DNA of 62,510 bases, counting the filler, from Chiloscyllium plagiosum (taxonomy: Eukaryota), in NCBI RefSeq assembly GCF_004010195.1. It is 4 parts of 2 records of this genome, joined end to end, with 100 filler letters (N's around TTAATTAATTAA, not from the genome) between each part and the next. Parts side by side here need not be neighbours in the genome. Positions count along the whole stretch, not along the records: positions 43,485 to 55,863 come from NC_057713.1; positions 55,964 to 62,510 come from NC_057714.1; 2 more parts are not named here. One strand, written 5' to 3'. Shown piece by piece: positions 50,870 to 62,510 of the stretch (position 1 is its first letter; each line of letters starts with the position of its first letter). Both the position numbers and the translations under genes were made by a program. The notes below the pieces were generated by a model that made no database searches, was not told the origin of the DNA, and saw nothing but the letters and a program-made list of their open reading frames with translations.

Positions 50870-51800
50870 CAAAGAAAGAACAAAGAAAAGTTACAGCCCA
50901 GGAACAGGCCCTTCGGCCCTTCAAGCCTGAGCCGATCCAAATGTACTGTCTAAACCTGTCAATCAATTCCTAAACGTCTGTATCCCTCTGCTCCCCACCG
51001 ACTCATGCATCTGTCCAGACACATCTTAAATGAATCTACCGTGCCTGCCTCTACCACCTCTGCTGGCAACATGTTCCAGACACCTGCCACCCTCTGTGTA
51101 AACTACTTGCTGTGTGTATCCCCCTTAAACTTTTCACCTCTCACCTTGAAAGCATCACCTCTCATTATTGAATCCTTCACCCTGGGAAAAAGCTGGTCTC
51201 TATCCACCCTGTCTATTGCCTTCATGATTTTGTAAACCTGAGTCAGATCCCCCCTTAATCTCCTTTTTTCTAGTGAAAATAAACCTAACCTACTCAACCT
51301 CTCTTCATGGCTAGCACCTTCCATACCAGGCAACATCCTCGTAAACCTTCTCTGCACCCTCTCCAAAGCGTCCACATCCTTTTGGTAATGTAGCGACCAG
51401 AACTGTACACAGTATTCTAAATGCGGCCGAACTAATGTCTTGTACAATTTTAACATGACTTGCCAGCTCTTATACTCAATACCCTGTCCAATGAAGGCAA
51501 GCATACCATATGCCTTCTTGACCACTCTATTCACCTTCAGGGTACAATGGGCCTGCACTCCCAGATCTCTCTGCCCAACAACTTTTCCCAAGGCTTTTCC
51601 ATCCATTGTATAATTCGCTCTAGAATTAGACTTGCCTGAATGTATCACCTCACATTTGTCTGGATTGAAAGCCATCTGCCATTTTTCTGCCCAATTCTCC
51701 AGTCTATCTATATTGTCCTGTATCCTCTGACAGTCCCTTATGCTTTCTGCTACTCCACCAATCTTTGTGTCATCTGCAAACTTGCTGATCATACCAACAG
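50866..51800 (-). mobile_element. CR1 LINE 3' fragment, tail abutting the Tx1 poly(A)
   Basis: ORF 51103-51792 ISKFADDTKIGG..LVRPHLEYCVQFW..RLRGDL. Confidence 0.92.
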
Positions 51801-52169
51801 TTTAGATATAATACAATAGCTAAATAGACAGGAAAAGGGCATGATCCATGATGATTGAGGCCAATGCAGTGACATCGGGTGGTTAGCCCAGTCTGTGTTG
51901 ATCTCAGTAGCTTGTAATAGCAGCATTCTGCTCTTTTTTTGAATAGATGTAGAAACGCTCATTAATATTGAATGGTTAGGGAACTCTCTCCTAAGTCTTT
52001 TTCCATCTTTAATGACCCATCTTCCAGTCAAAGGCAGCAGTTATCTCACAGGAACTGTGATCTGAAGAGAGCCACTCCCTACTTGCCCAAGTGAGGGCTT
52101 GTTAATATACTTTATTAAATAGGGGCAGTAGGATTATACATTAGACCATAAACTGTCAAGCTGGTCAAG

Positions 52170-52467
52170 GGCTGGCACAGTAGCTCAGTGGTAAGCCAGG
52201 GACCCAGGTTTGATTCCAGCCTTGGGCGACTGTCTGTGTGGAGTTTGCACATTCTCCCAGCGTCTGGGGTTTCCTCCCACTGTCCAAAGATGTGCAGGTG
52301 GATTGGCCAGGCTAAGTTGCCCATAGTGTTCAGGGATTTATAGTTAGGTGCATTAGTCAGGGGAAATTTAGTGTAGTAGGGGAATGGTCAAGGTGGGATA
52401 CTCTTCAGAGGGTCGGTGTGGATTTGTTGGGCCAAATGGCCTGTTTCCACTCTGTAGGGATTCCATG
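52170..52467 (+). mobile_element. HE1/V-SINE
   Basis: tRNA-like head tagctcagtggtaagc..ggtttgattcc, V-domain with deletions, tail. Confidence 0.8.
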
Positions 52468-53633
52468 ATAGTCAACTCCCTCCTCCAGCTCAAAGTTAGC
52501 TTTATAGTTGATGTCGTGCTGAAATTCAGCTCCTCACCCTCTTTAAACATTTACATTCAGAGGTGGATACACGAGGTACAATCCTAACAACTCAAAGATA
52601 TAAAATGGGAGTCTAAACTAAGAGACCTTGGTGTTTCAGGAACCGTTACGCATATTTCCAGAGAGAGAAAGAAAACTATTTCTCTGCTAAGGTGGCCTTA
52701 TGCTTTGCTTGTTAATGAGTATTTCTATATCTATTCCAAAAAAATATGCAATGGATTCTACTGTCCTACATAGGTGCACCTTGACAAGATCCACAGCTAT
52801 GGTTGGACAGATTGCACTGTCTAGTTGTAATATCCTGTGCAGCAAGGTAAAGTCGCCAAATTGATTACCTATCCATGGTTTAAAGGACATCTTGTTGTTC
52901 TGACACACACTATTTGAATGATCTGTCTTTTCTCTTTCTCTTTGGCTGCATTGTTCATTTATTTCTAAAGTTTTCATCTTCTGTGCTTTAATTAAATTGA
53001 TCAGAAACACATTCAATCAGCCAGCCTAATGGACAGATCAGACAAATCCTTATAAAAACAGTTGCCATATAATCAACCACCATTTTATATACTGTGGCAC
53101 TGTGTAACTCATCAATGTAGGACAGAGCTCAGAGCACATTCTCCTGTGAATTAGTTTTGCATTAAGAGACCAGGGCGATATGAAGAACATAGGAACAGGA
53201 GGAGGCCATTCAGCCCCTCAAGCCTGTCCCACCATTCAATGAGATCATGGCTGATCTGTGGCCCAATCCCATATACCTGTCTTTGGCCCATATCCCTTAA
53301 TACTTTCACTTAACAAATAATCATCTCTCTCAGACTTGAAACTAACAATTGGCCCAGCGTGCACTCCATTCAATTCTAGCTAAAGTGCCCGCTGTTACAG
53401 CTATATACATTAACAATGACCACTGCCAAATGAGTGAATGGTAAAGTTCAGGCAGTCATTAGTTAGCATGGACTTTCTGACAGTGGACTTACTGAATGCC
53501 GAGTGACCTCTGTTATGTAGCAGTGGAGTTTTTTCAGAACGTGTGTTCTGAACTTTCCCAACCAATACAGACTTTTCCAAACACAACGCAAAACCCATAA
53601 CAAGAAATGGGTATAATTTGTGATGTGGTAATA

Positions 53634-54042
53634 GATTTCTATTTGCTTTGTTATTTATCTGTTTTCATCAATGCTGAAAAGCACTGATCCCAAAACCAAT
53701 CCCTGAGAAACTCCAGTACAAACCTTCCTTCGGCTATTAACTACCCATTAACCATGACTCGTCCCTTCACTCCTCCCTCGAACACCTTGACACCAAGAAC
53801 AGCTACGTAACAATCCTACACATTGACTACAGTTCAGCCCTCGATTTCTATTTGCTTTGTTATTTATCTGTTTTCATCAATGCTGAAAAGCACTGATCCC
53901 AAAACCAATCCCTGAGAAACTCCAGTACAAACCTTTCTTCGGCCATTAACTACCCATTAACCATGACTCGTCCCTTCACTCCTCCCTCGAACACCTTGAC
54001 ACCAAGGTAACAATCCTACACATTGACTACAGTTCAGCCCTC
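53634..54042. repeat. Local tandem duplication, 209-bp period
   Basis: gatttctatttgctttg starts at 53634 and again at 53843; the second copy lacks aacagctac. Confidence 0.9.
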
Positions 54043-54553
54043 AGCACTATTATCCCCACAAGATTGATTACTAAACCTAGTGATCTTGGACTAAGTCCCA
54101 CTTGTCTGGATGTATCACTACCTGGTATGGCAACTGTACCATTCAAGATCGGAGACGGTTACAGAGAGTGGTGAACTCGGCCCGGACAATCACAAAGGCC
54201 AACCTCACATCTATAGAATTCATCTACCAGGCCCGCTGCCAAGGAAAGGCCACCAGCATTCTCAAAGATCCATCCCACCCTGGCAATGTTTTTCTACAAC
54301 CTCTACCATCGGGGAGAAGGTACAGAAGCCTGAACCAGCCGGTTTCGAAACAGTTTCTACCCTACTGTTGTAAGAATACTGAATGGCCTCACAAACTCTT
54401 AACATTCGCCTGTACCTGTGTTTTGTTTTTGCTGCTGTTTACCTATTATTTACTATCTATGTTACTTAACTCTGTGATCTGCCTGTATTGCTCACAAGAC
54501 ACAGCTTTTCACTGTGCCTCGGTACACGTGACAATAAATTCAATTCAATTCAA
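53970..54553 (+). mobile_element. Rex1/Babar LINE, internally deleted, with intact 3' tail
   Basis: SLHSSLEHLDT..IDYSSALSTIIP (RT) joined to SGCITTWYGNCT..GRRYRSL; ends AATAAA(TTCAA)n. Confidence 0.8.
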
Positions 54554-55024
54554 CTCTCTGTTTTCTATCCCCTCAGTGAATTTTGTATCCATTTTGCATT
54601 GGATACCACAATGGCAGTGGCTATATACAGTTTCTACAGTCCATTCTATTCTATGAGCTATGTCTTCCCCATAAAGCCATTGTGTAACACTGTTACAAAC
54701 TCCTCTTGGAACTGCATGTAGACCACATCTCCTGTTGGCACCAACACAGGCATGTCATGCCTTATGCTCCCTCCTAGACAGCCCCCAATTCTCTCTGAAA
54801 ATCCAGCTCACCATGCGCTGATCGCACAAGCAATGAGAAACATGGAGCAGATGAGTCACACGAACTCACAAATGTTGTGTACACCATCATACTTATTTCT
54901 CTACCTTGGGTCCCTTTCAGATAATGAGCTCTCAATTTAATTTTTTATTACTATTCTTTGTATGGAGTTTGTTTTCTGATGCTCAATTATTGTGTAAATC
55001 CCTGTCCCTTTCTGTCCCACTCTC

Positions 55025-55425
55025 TTAGAGCGAAGGAGGTTAAGAGGTGTCTGTATAGAAGTTTATATGATAATTAGAAATGTAGATAAAGTTAATGGCA
55101 GTTAACCTTTCCCTATGATGGGGATCTTCAAAACTGGGGAGCACATTTTTAAGGTAAGAGGGGAGAGATTTAAACAAGACATAGAGGCAGATCTTTTACA
55201 GCAAGAGTGGTTCATGTGTGGAATCAATTTCCGGAGAAAGTGGTGGATGTGGGTATAATTACAATCTAAAAAGACATTTGGATGGATACATGAACAGGAA
55301 AGGTTTGGAGGGATATCGGCCAAGAGCAGGCAGGTGGAGTTAATTTCGTTTGGGATTATGGACAGCACAGACTGGTTAGAGCAAACGGGCTGTTTCCGTG
55401 CTGTATGACTCTTTGACCATGACTA
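55025..55425 (+). mobile_element. CR1 3' fragment
   Basis: aggaggttaagaggtg..., tttaaggtaagaggggagagattt, ctgtatgactct tail. Confidence 0.8.
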
Positions 55426-55554
55426 TACTTTTATCATCTGGATTTTTCTGCTCAGATTTCAAACTTTCTCTTCAACTTATCCCTCTCCTCATTCTTTTAG
55501 TTTAAACTCCATCAGACATGAGATAACGAGAATCCAGAGACAGTATAATCCTAT

Positions 55555-55863
55555 TAAGGTGAAAGGAAAGGCCGGTAGGTATAGGGAATGCTGGATGACT
55601 AAAGAAATTGAGGGTTTGGTTAAGAAAAAGGAAGCATATGTCAGGTATAGACAGGATAGCTCGAGTGAATCCTTAGAAGAGTATAAAGGAAGTAGGAGTA
55701 TACTTAAGAAGGAAATCAGGAGGGCAAAAAGGGGACATGAGATAGCTTTGGCAAATAGAATTAAGGAGAATCCAAAGGGCTTTTATGAATACATTAAGGA
55801 CAAAAGGGTAACGAGGGAGAGAATAGGGCCCCTCAAAGATCAGCAAGGCGGCCTTTGTGTGGA
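55555..55863 (+). mobile_element. CR1 ORF2 linker fragment, cut by a gap
   Basis: WMTKEIEGLVKKK..LANRIKENPKGFYEYIKDKRVTRERIGPLKD. Confidence 0.88.
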
Positions 55864-55963
55864 NNNNNNNNNNNNNNNNNNNNNNNNNNNNNNNNNNNNN
55901 NNNNNNNTTAATTAATTAANNNNNNNNNNNNNNNNNNNNNNNNNNNNNNNNNNNNNNNNNNNN

Positions 55964-56140
55964 CAGCTTGCAGGGAACAGGAGAATCGACGTTTCGGGCA
56001 TAAGCCCTTCTTCCTGAAGAAGGGCTTATGCCCGAAACGTTGATTCTCCTGTTCCCTGGATGCTGCCTGACCTGCTGAGCTTTTCCAGCAACACATTTTC
56101 AGCTCTGATCTCCAGCATCTGCAGACCTCACTTTCTCCTC
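55964..56140. mobile_element. Penelope-derived fold-back; palindrome centred on the hammerhead motif
   Basis: gaatcgacgtttcgggcataagcccttcttc|ctgaagaagggcttatgcccgaaacgttgattc. The plus arm carries CUGAAGA-a-GGGC uuau GCCC-GAAA-c-GUU. Confidence 0.75.
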
Positions 56141-57489
56141 AACTATACATTTGTGGACAACTTGTTTTGAAAGCAGCCACAGATACAGAAATTGTTGAAG
56201 AAAAATCAGCAAGTCTCGCAATGTCTGTGCAGAGAAAGCAGAGTTAACATTTTTGGTCCTTATGACATCGTCAGGTTGGAATGGAATGTAGACTCCAACA
56301 TTAACCCTTTCAGAACCATTACCTTTGATTATACTGAGCACTGACTACAATAATAAGCATATTCACTAATTAAATAATAACTCATTAAGCCTACTTAAAT
56401 TATTTAATTACTCAATCCCTCTAACTAATGTGGGATTACACATTCAATATTAACTTGCCACAATCTAATTCAATTCTTACTGTGCTGTAGAATTCTTATA
56501 GCAATCTTATACCCTTTAAAGCATTGAAAGGAAATTAAGTTGAAACCAATGCATCACCTCAAGCAGTAGGGACAACGATATTACAGCTTTCCAGTATTTG
56601 GCTAGTGTTTATGTGAATAACATGTTTTTAGTTTGTAGCGAAAACACAAAGAAATAACAGGAAGCCATTATAAAAATTAACATTTTGAACTGAACCTTCC
56701 CCACTGTTGTTTTCTATGGCTGCACCTGTTACTGTGCTTTTTCACCATGGCTGGGAATATCAACTTGTATATTAAAGGTCATTCTTCAATGTTAAAAAGC
56801 CTACAGGAGTCTCACCCAATGGGAGTGTATGTCAAAAATGTGCTTGTGACTTTCCAATCATTAATTTACATTTTATACAGTGTGTATTTGAATTTGTAAC
56901 ATAACCTCTTGCTAGGTGAGAGAATGTGCCAAGATTGAGGAGCTGGAAAATTATTACTAAAGTAAGTTTTATTGCTTTCAAAGTTAGCTCCCAAAATATA
57001 GATGAGTTCATATTTTACATTCTTTGATGTTTTATTGAAATGAAATTCCTTTTAATGTCATTGTCCAAAAAAAGTATCGCAGGAATTTTGCTCTTTGTTC
57101 AAAGAGTCTCTTGTTGATTCTTTTCACCTGTCATTTCTGAGCCTAAATCAGAAGGTTTTAAGTTCAAACCCCATTCCAGTGACTGGAACACATGGGCTTG
57201 AGGTTTCCCATTGTTTGGCTAAGTGTCATTTTGGGGATTTTGCCAGAGACCTTCACACAATGGCCCATGGCAACTTTCCTCACACAATCTTCCACTGCTA
57301 ACCTCAATAATTATACATCCAAGCCCCACAATGCTCTTCTCAGGTAACCGTGGTAACAGAGGCGGAAGAGCTCACAGGTGCTAGGACCTTCTGCCTTTCA
57401 TAGTATGCATGCCAAATGTTTACCCCAGACAATGTGCAATATTTCCAACTGCAAGTCCGTCAGAGGCTTTTGTCCTATTACTTTCGGCA

Positions 57490-58010
57490 ACAAGATGTCA
57501 AAAAAAGGGGAGCTGGCACCAACATCGCTGCAGAGAATGGCACCTGGTGGAATTGATGGTTGGGCTGTTGGAGAGGAAGGTCATCGTTTTTCCTGTGGGC
57601 TGTCAAAGGAGACCTCAGCACCAGACGCAGTCAGTAACCTATCTTATGAACCAAAAGAAGTGCGCAGAAGCACTGGAGGAAGGTTTCGGTGCTCTGCAAA
57701 GTTAAATGTCAACAGCTTCTCTCTGCTATCTCACACACACTGTAACTCTTCCACTGAAGAGTATCATCACTAAGGCTAATCATCTCACTATTTTATGCAG
57801 CATCTCATCTTAATGGCTCTCACTCACCACATCCCCCTGAACTAATACATGTTCAGTCTTCTGGGGATTCTGTTCACTTACTCAGGAAAGCTCACCACCT
57901 CTTCTGCTCCTGTACCACTGCTAACAGCTCTTCCATTCACTTTCATCTCACTCAATCCCATCTTTTGTTTCATTGCAGGAGAAATGTCTCATAACCAGCC
58001 AGAAAACGGA
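57490..58010 (+). pseudogene. Possible decayed Harbinger-type Myb/SANT DNA-binding gene
   Basis: Frameshifted MSKKGELAP.. / LVELMVGLLERKVIVFPVGCQRRPQHQT, then a pyrimidine-rich intron-like tract ending tttcattgcag|GAG AAA..TCT CAT AAC (EK.SHN). Confidence 0.35.
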
Positions 58011-58583
58011 GTACAAATGCGACTGTTCTCTTTCTCGATTAGACTCAGGAGAGCTACCTAGTGAGCACATTATTGGCACAGTTGGTTCAGTTGGCTGGCA
58101 TTTAGAGGTCTGTCAGGCACCTGCTCAGATCCAGGCAGATGACCCCATGGTTTTGGCCATTTGTGGCTTTGTACAAATGCACAGAAAGTCACAGGAACAA
58201 AAGCCAGGACTACCTGAGACACTTGGTAATCTGGATTGAGTTGAGAGAGTTAACCAACATTTTCCGTACTGTGCTGGCTCTGTCTTCTGAATGCATTTGA
58301 CTTCTACATGGACAGGCTGGTGTCTGCATAGAGAGACAGATCCAGCAGAATGTTCAGTGGTTGCTGGAAATACACATAAACCTACACTGTATTGTTTTCA
58401 CCATTGTTACGTGGCATCAGTGTCAACTGCAAAGGCATGGATCACTCAACCTTGAACACTTTAAGTAGCTGACTGACCATGGCCAGCAGCCTGGACTGAG
58501 ATTGGACAATGGTCCTGAGAGAGTGAGGTAGCAAGGTCCTTCTAACCCAACTCAAAGCAAACAAATTGATGCTTATGACAAGG

Positions 58584-58890
58584 GTGGTATGTTGGCTCAC
58601 TGGTTAGCACTGCTGCCTCACAGTGCCAGGGACCTGGGTTTCATTCCAATCTCAGTCTTTGTGGAGTACAGTATACACATTCTCCCTGTGGTCTGTGTGG
58701 GTTTCCTCCAGGTAATCTAGTTTCCTCCCACAGTCCAAAAGTTAGGTTGATTGGTCCTGCTAAATTGTCCATAGTGTTTAGGTTAGCTGTGGGAAATGCA
58801 GGGTTACAGGGATAGGGATGCTGTTCAGAGGGTCTGTGTGGACTCGATGGGCCAAATGGCCTGCTTCCGCACTGTAGGGATTCTAACATT
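58584..58890 (+). mobile_element. HE1/V-SINE
   Basis: tggctcactggttagcactgctgcctcacagtgccagggacctgggtt head, V-domain and tail. A partial minus-strand copy lies at about 59700-59810. Confidence 0.85.
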
Positions 58891-59669
58891 TATCTTTTAT
58901 TCAGCGTAATGTAATGACTTTGGACACTGTAACATTTGGTGTGAACCTTTCACCTTCCCTGCATGGTGCAATGAAAACTGGATCAGTTCTTTAAGCGGTG
59001 AATGATCTGCTCCAGCCACTTTACCAGCTTGTGATGAAGAAAACCATTTACCTCATGGAGTTTGGGTGGGTTAGATTGTCTCTGAATAATGATCAGAACT
59101 TTTACAAACCCTGAATACTCTGATTGTATTGAACTAATGGTGTACCGATTATTCATTTAAATGAGTCATAGCAATGATATTTCAGCTTAAGTTAATGTTT
59201 AGAAATTTGCAATGCAATAGGGAATGCATTTAAGGATAAATAAGTATTCTTTATTGATCCCTTAAGCTGCATTAATGAGAACAAGCCCAGATTTTGGGTT
59301 GCACTCTGATTGGTACATTACTAATGAAGATTTCATTTCCCGGTGGCAGTTTGTGAGTTGAGGGACGTGGAATTCAGGGAATCCAGATTGACTAATAGGA
59401 ATGCCAGCTAAGGACAGCAAGAAAGGCAGGACGTAGAGGAAGCCAGTGGTGGGGAGGGTAGATATGTGAACATATCAGAGTACACAGGATTCTCCAGTTT
59501 GCCTGTTTTTTACACTCAAGTTGACAGAAAGCATGGAACAGGTTTCTATGCTTAACAAAACTTGCTACTTATTACAAGTAATTAGACTCGAGGAGCAGGT
59601 ACACATTTGTGAACCACCAACTTATAACTACTAATAAAATCTCCTCCATGTTATAAACTCACTCTTATA

Positions 59670-59693
59670 TACACACACACACACACACACACA
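59670..59693. repeat. (CA)n microsatellite
   Basis: Read directly. Confidence 0.9.
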
Positions 59694-61738
59694 CGAAAAT
59701 ACCACAGCTAACCTAAACACTATGGGCAATTTAGCAGGGCCAATCAGCTTAACTTTTGGACTGTGGGAGGAAACTAGATTACCTGGAGGAAACCCACGCA
59801 GACACGGGGTTATGAACAGAGGGAAAGACTAGGAAGACAGCTCCGTTGTTCCTGTTTACAAGAGTTGCTCAGATGATTTTTATTATTCTTGTGCTCGTCA
59901 GAACACCGCCTCTTGGCTGTCATTCCTCTGAATGTTTTCACTGGTTTGCAAGAGGCATAGGATGGCAGGTTCACTTAGAAAAGGTCTTATTAATTAAAAG
60001 TTGCCACTTACAGCAATTACTGGAGGAAAGATGTTAGTTTTCTACAAACTTAAAGCAGCTTTTACTGTAGAGAATTTGGAGAGCTCCTGAACTGGTCGAG
60101 TTCTGACATCTCCTCTGCATCTTGTTCACAGCCTTGTCCTATTTAAGTACCTGAGGATGTCAACGTGTTTGTTGACAGACAAAGTTTTTGTCATCAATAA
60201 CTGGTTACCAGTCCACAAACAATCAGCTGCTTGCAGCAACCAGAACTCCATCTGAAGATAATCCCTCAGCTTCAGTTTGTCTGCCATCATACTTCAATCA
60301 CTGTCAACTTTATAAACTTTCATCAATCCAACAGCAACTCCTAGTTTTTGTTTTGCTCATTTCAGCCCACAGAATATTTTTTAAAAACTACCTTTACAGA
60401 GGCAAGCATTAGGGAGCCTTGTGCTCTTCTCCAGAACTGAGCTGGTATCTCAATCAATAAGGTTGGGCCTTTTAACCAGGCTGCCTCAGCACTAGGCTAG
60501 TTCTGTCTCCACCTTGCTAATGCTGTGCAAGACAACAGGCCCAACCAGCCTCAACACCATGACAATAGAACAAGGGAGCACCTCTAGTCAGGATCACAAT
60601 ACCAGAAAGGCCCCCAACTCTTGGCTGCAATCTCTAGGGTGGAAAACCTATCTTTCATATCAAAACTGAAGCAGCTCTACTTGTTCTATCTGAGCTCAAG
60701 GTTGTCAATAAACCTGACAGCTGCAGTGTAGAACCATAATCAATACACACGCCAGAGCTCTGTTGATTATATTCGTACGTATTAATAAATGTTACAGACC
60801 TTCAGACAATTCATGTAACCTAATATTCGGGCAGTGGATTTTAATTAACTTTTTAATGCAGATGAGTCCAGCCTTTAATAGTGTAATACCTTCATGTTTG
60901 TGATTTGTTTCTTACTCACTTCCATGACCACAAACCCATGGGATATGAACTAATATGAACCTCAGTCAAAAAGAAAATTCACCATTAAATTCCTTGGGAA
61001 GAATGTAAGTTTAGCTTGGTGACTCAATGCAATTTCATGAAAATGAAATATTTTTAAGGCATGAATTTTATAAATGAAATCAAAATACTGTGACTGCATT
61101 GATTCCATTATTATGAAAGCAATTTCTTTCCTATCCAAACTTTGTACAGAAACTCAGCCTGCCACCATTAAATAATCAAAAACTTTAAGAGAGGAAAATA
61201 TTGCAAGTGCAATTCATCACTGACTGGTGGGACAGATCAACAGGAGTACATAGCTACAATTAGAATACAGTGTTAAATTCTGATTTAACAGAAAAACACA
61301 AATGTACTTCCAAGGACAAGTCTTAGTACAGTAATCTGGCAAGAGATGCTTCAGGCATTGCAACAATACCCCCAAAATAAGCAGATGACTGGTCACTAGA
61401 CTTTATAAATTATAGCAGCAAATTTCATCAATCACTGCCATACTGTAAAGGCCAATGTACATGACCCAAGGGGTTTATAGTATTTGCTAAGACTTTCAAA
61501 TATTTCTCTCACCTTACGTTGAGTTAAGGAAAGTCATAGCAATAGAGTTGAAATCAAACACCCCTGAAGACAGTTAGTAGTTGTGATTTGTCCACCATTT
61601 GCTGCTGGGGCTGAGGAATATTGATGAATTGAAATCATCCCAGCCAGTGATCTAACCTGGGTAGACAGGCAGGAGGCTGGAAAAGTACAGCAAGCCAGGC
61701 AGCATCAGGAGGTGGAGAAGTTTTCAGGTTTCAGGTTA

Positions 61739-62041
61739 AAAATCACACAACACCAGGTTATAGTCCAACAGGTTTAATTGGAAGCACACTAGCTTTTGGA
61801 GCGACGCTCCTTCATCAGGTGATAGTGGAGGGCTCGATCGTAACACAGAAATTATAGCAAAAATTTGCAGTGTGATGTAACTGAAATTATACATTGAAAA
61901 ATTGATTGTCTGTTACGCCTTTCATCTGTTAGAATACAGTGATAGTTTCACTTCTTTCATGTGTAAATCACAAATCTGTTTTTAAAGTTGCATTCTCGGG
62001 TTAGCTGTTAACAATGGTGATAGCTAGACAATGTGTTGAAG
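61739..62041 (-). mobile_element. Penelope 3' terminal region with a mutated hammerhead motif
   Basis: Minus strand cac-CUGAUGA-a-GGAGC guc GCUCC-aAAA-gcUA-gug; GAAA has become AAAA, consistent with CpG decay. Confidence 0.7.
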
Positions 62042-62043
62042 GT

Positions 62044-62510
62044 CCTGGATTAGTGGTGCTGGAAGAGCACAGCAGTTCAGGCAGCATCTAAGGAGCATTC
62101 AAAAACACCAGCAACAGTTCTCCTTCAAGATCCTCTGCTCCACGCTCGCAGCAATGCACCAGCACCTAATCTCTCTACAGTCAGCCCTGCCTCAGCTGAG
62201 GGCCACACTCTCTTAGAATTGCAAAGGACCCACTCTGTACTACATCCTCAGGAGAATTCATACTCTCAACAAACAGTATTTCAATTCCATCTCAAACATC
62301 AAAAACTGTAAGTACAACAAACTTTTATCTACCCAGCTCCATAACCAGCGCTCCTTGAACATTCCAGAAGATTCCCCTGGCCTCGGAAACACCATTAGCC
62401 ATGCGGCTGATGCAGCTACCACCCCCACGCTGATTGATGATGTCACTTCTGCCCCCATCATGGCCACTCCCACAGCCACTTCCGGCCCTCACATCACCGC
62501 CGATGCCACA
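62044..62510 (+). mobile_element. Penelope element: short inverted terminus followed by the forward ORF N-terminal region, continuing beyond the window
   Basis: ctggattagtggtgctggaagagcacagc arm (62045-62096), then IQKHQQQFSFKILCSTLAAMHQHLISLQSALPQLRATLS*NCKGPTLYYILRRIHTLNKQYF. Confidence 0.6.

Noticed and set aside
52687..53016. 109-aa minus-strand ORF as a further NKAIN3 exon
   Set aside because: No resemblance to the expected ERQIFDFLGFQWAPIL exon or to any family I recognise.
59480..60180. Additional LTR-like segments (also about 48170-48770 and 8540-9000)
   Set aside because: Composition is suggestive, but I could not define termini or TSDs by eye.

Overview
Vertebrate genomic DNA, most likely from a shark: it carries HE1/V-SINE-type tRNA SINEs, abundant CR1 LINEs and Penelope elements. 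It is not prokaryotic. The window lies almost entirely within introns of a minus-strand NKAIN3 orthologue (Na+/K+-ATPase-interacting protein 3). Two coding exons are recognisable with canonical splice sites: 26403-26483 (81 nt) and 15803-16000 (198 nt). I did not find the flanking exons in the window. The rest is mostly transposon sequence: CR1 fragments of several ages (one keeps its 5' end with 220-bp monomers and a zinc-finger/esterase ORF1), Rex1/Babar and Tx1 fragments, solo LTRs, V-SINEs, a MITE, minisatellites, and many Penelope-derived fold-back insertions carrying minimal hammerhead-ribozyme motifs. There are five assembly gaps, three of them with an artificial TTAATTAATTAA pad. Three signals stand out. 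(1) A Tx1-clade LINE has inserted repeatedly at one exact site just behind the TATA box of a short LTR family, with target-site duplications (TSDs), an empty-site control copy and a 3' transduction of the target itself. (2) A TSD-flanked Penelope fold-back has captured a tail-less Rex1 fragment. (3) Hammerhead motifs lie on the host-gene strand. TE boundaries are approximate (read by eye) and family names come from motif recognition, not database searches.
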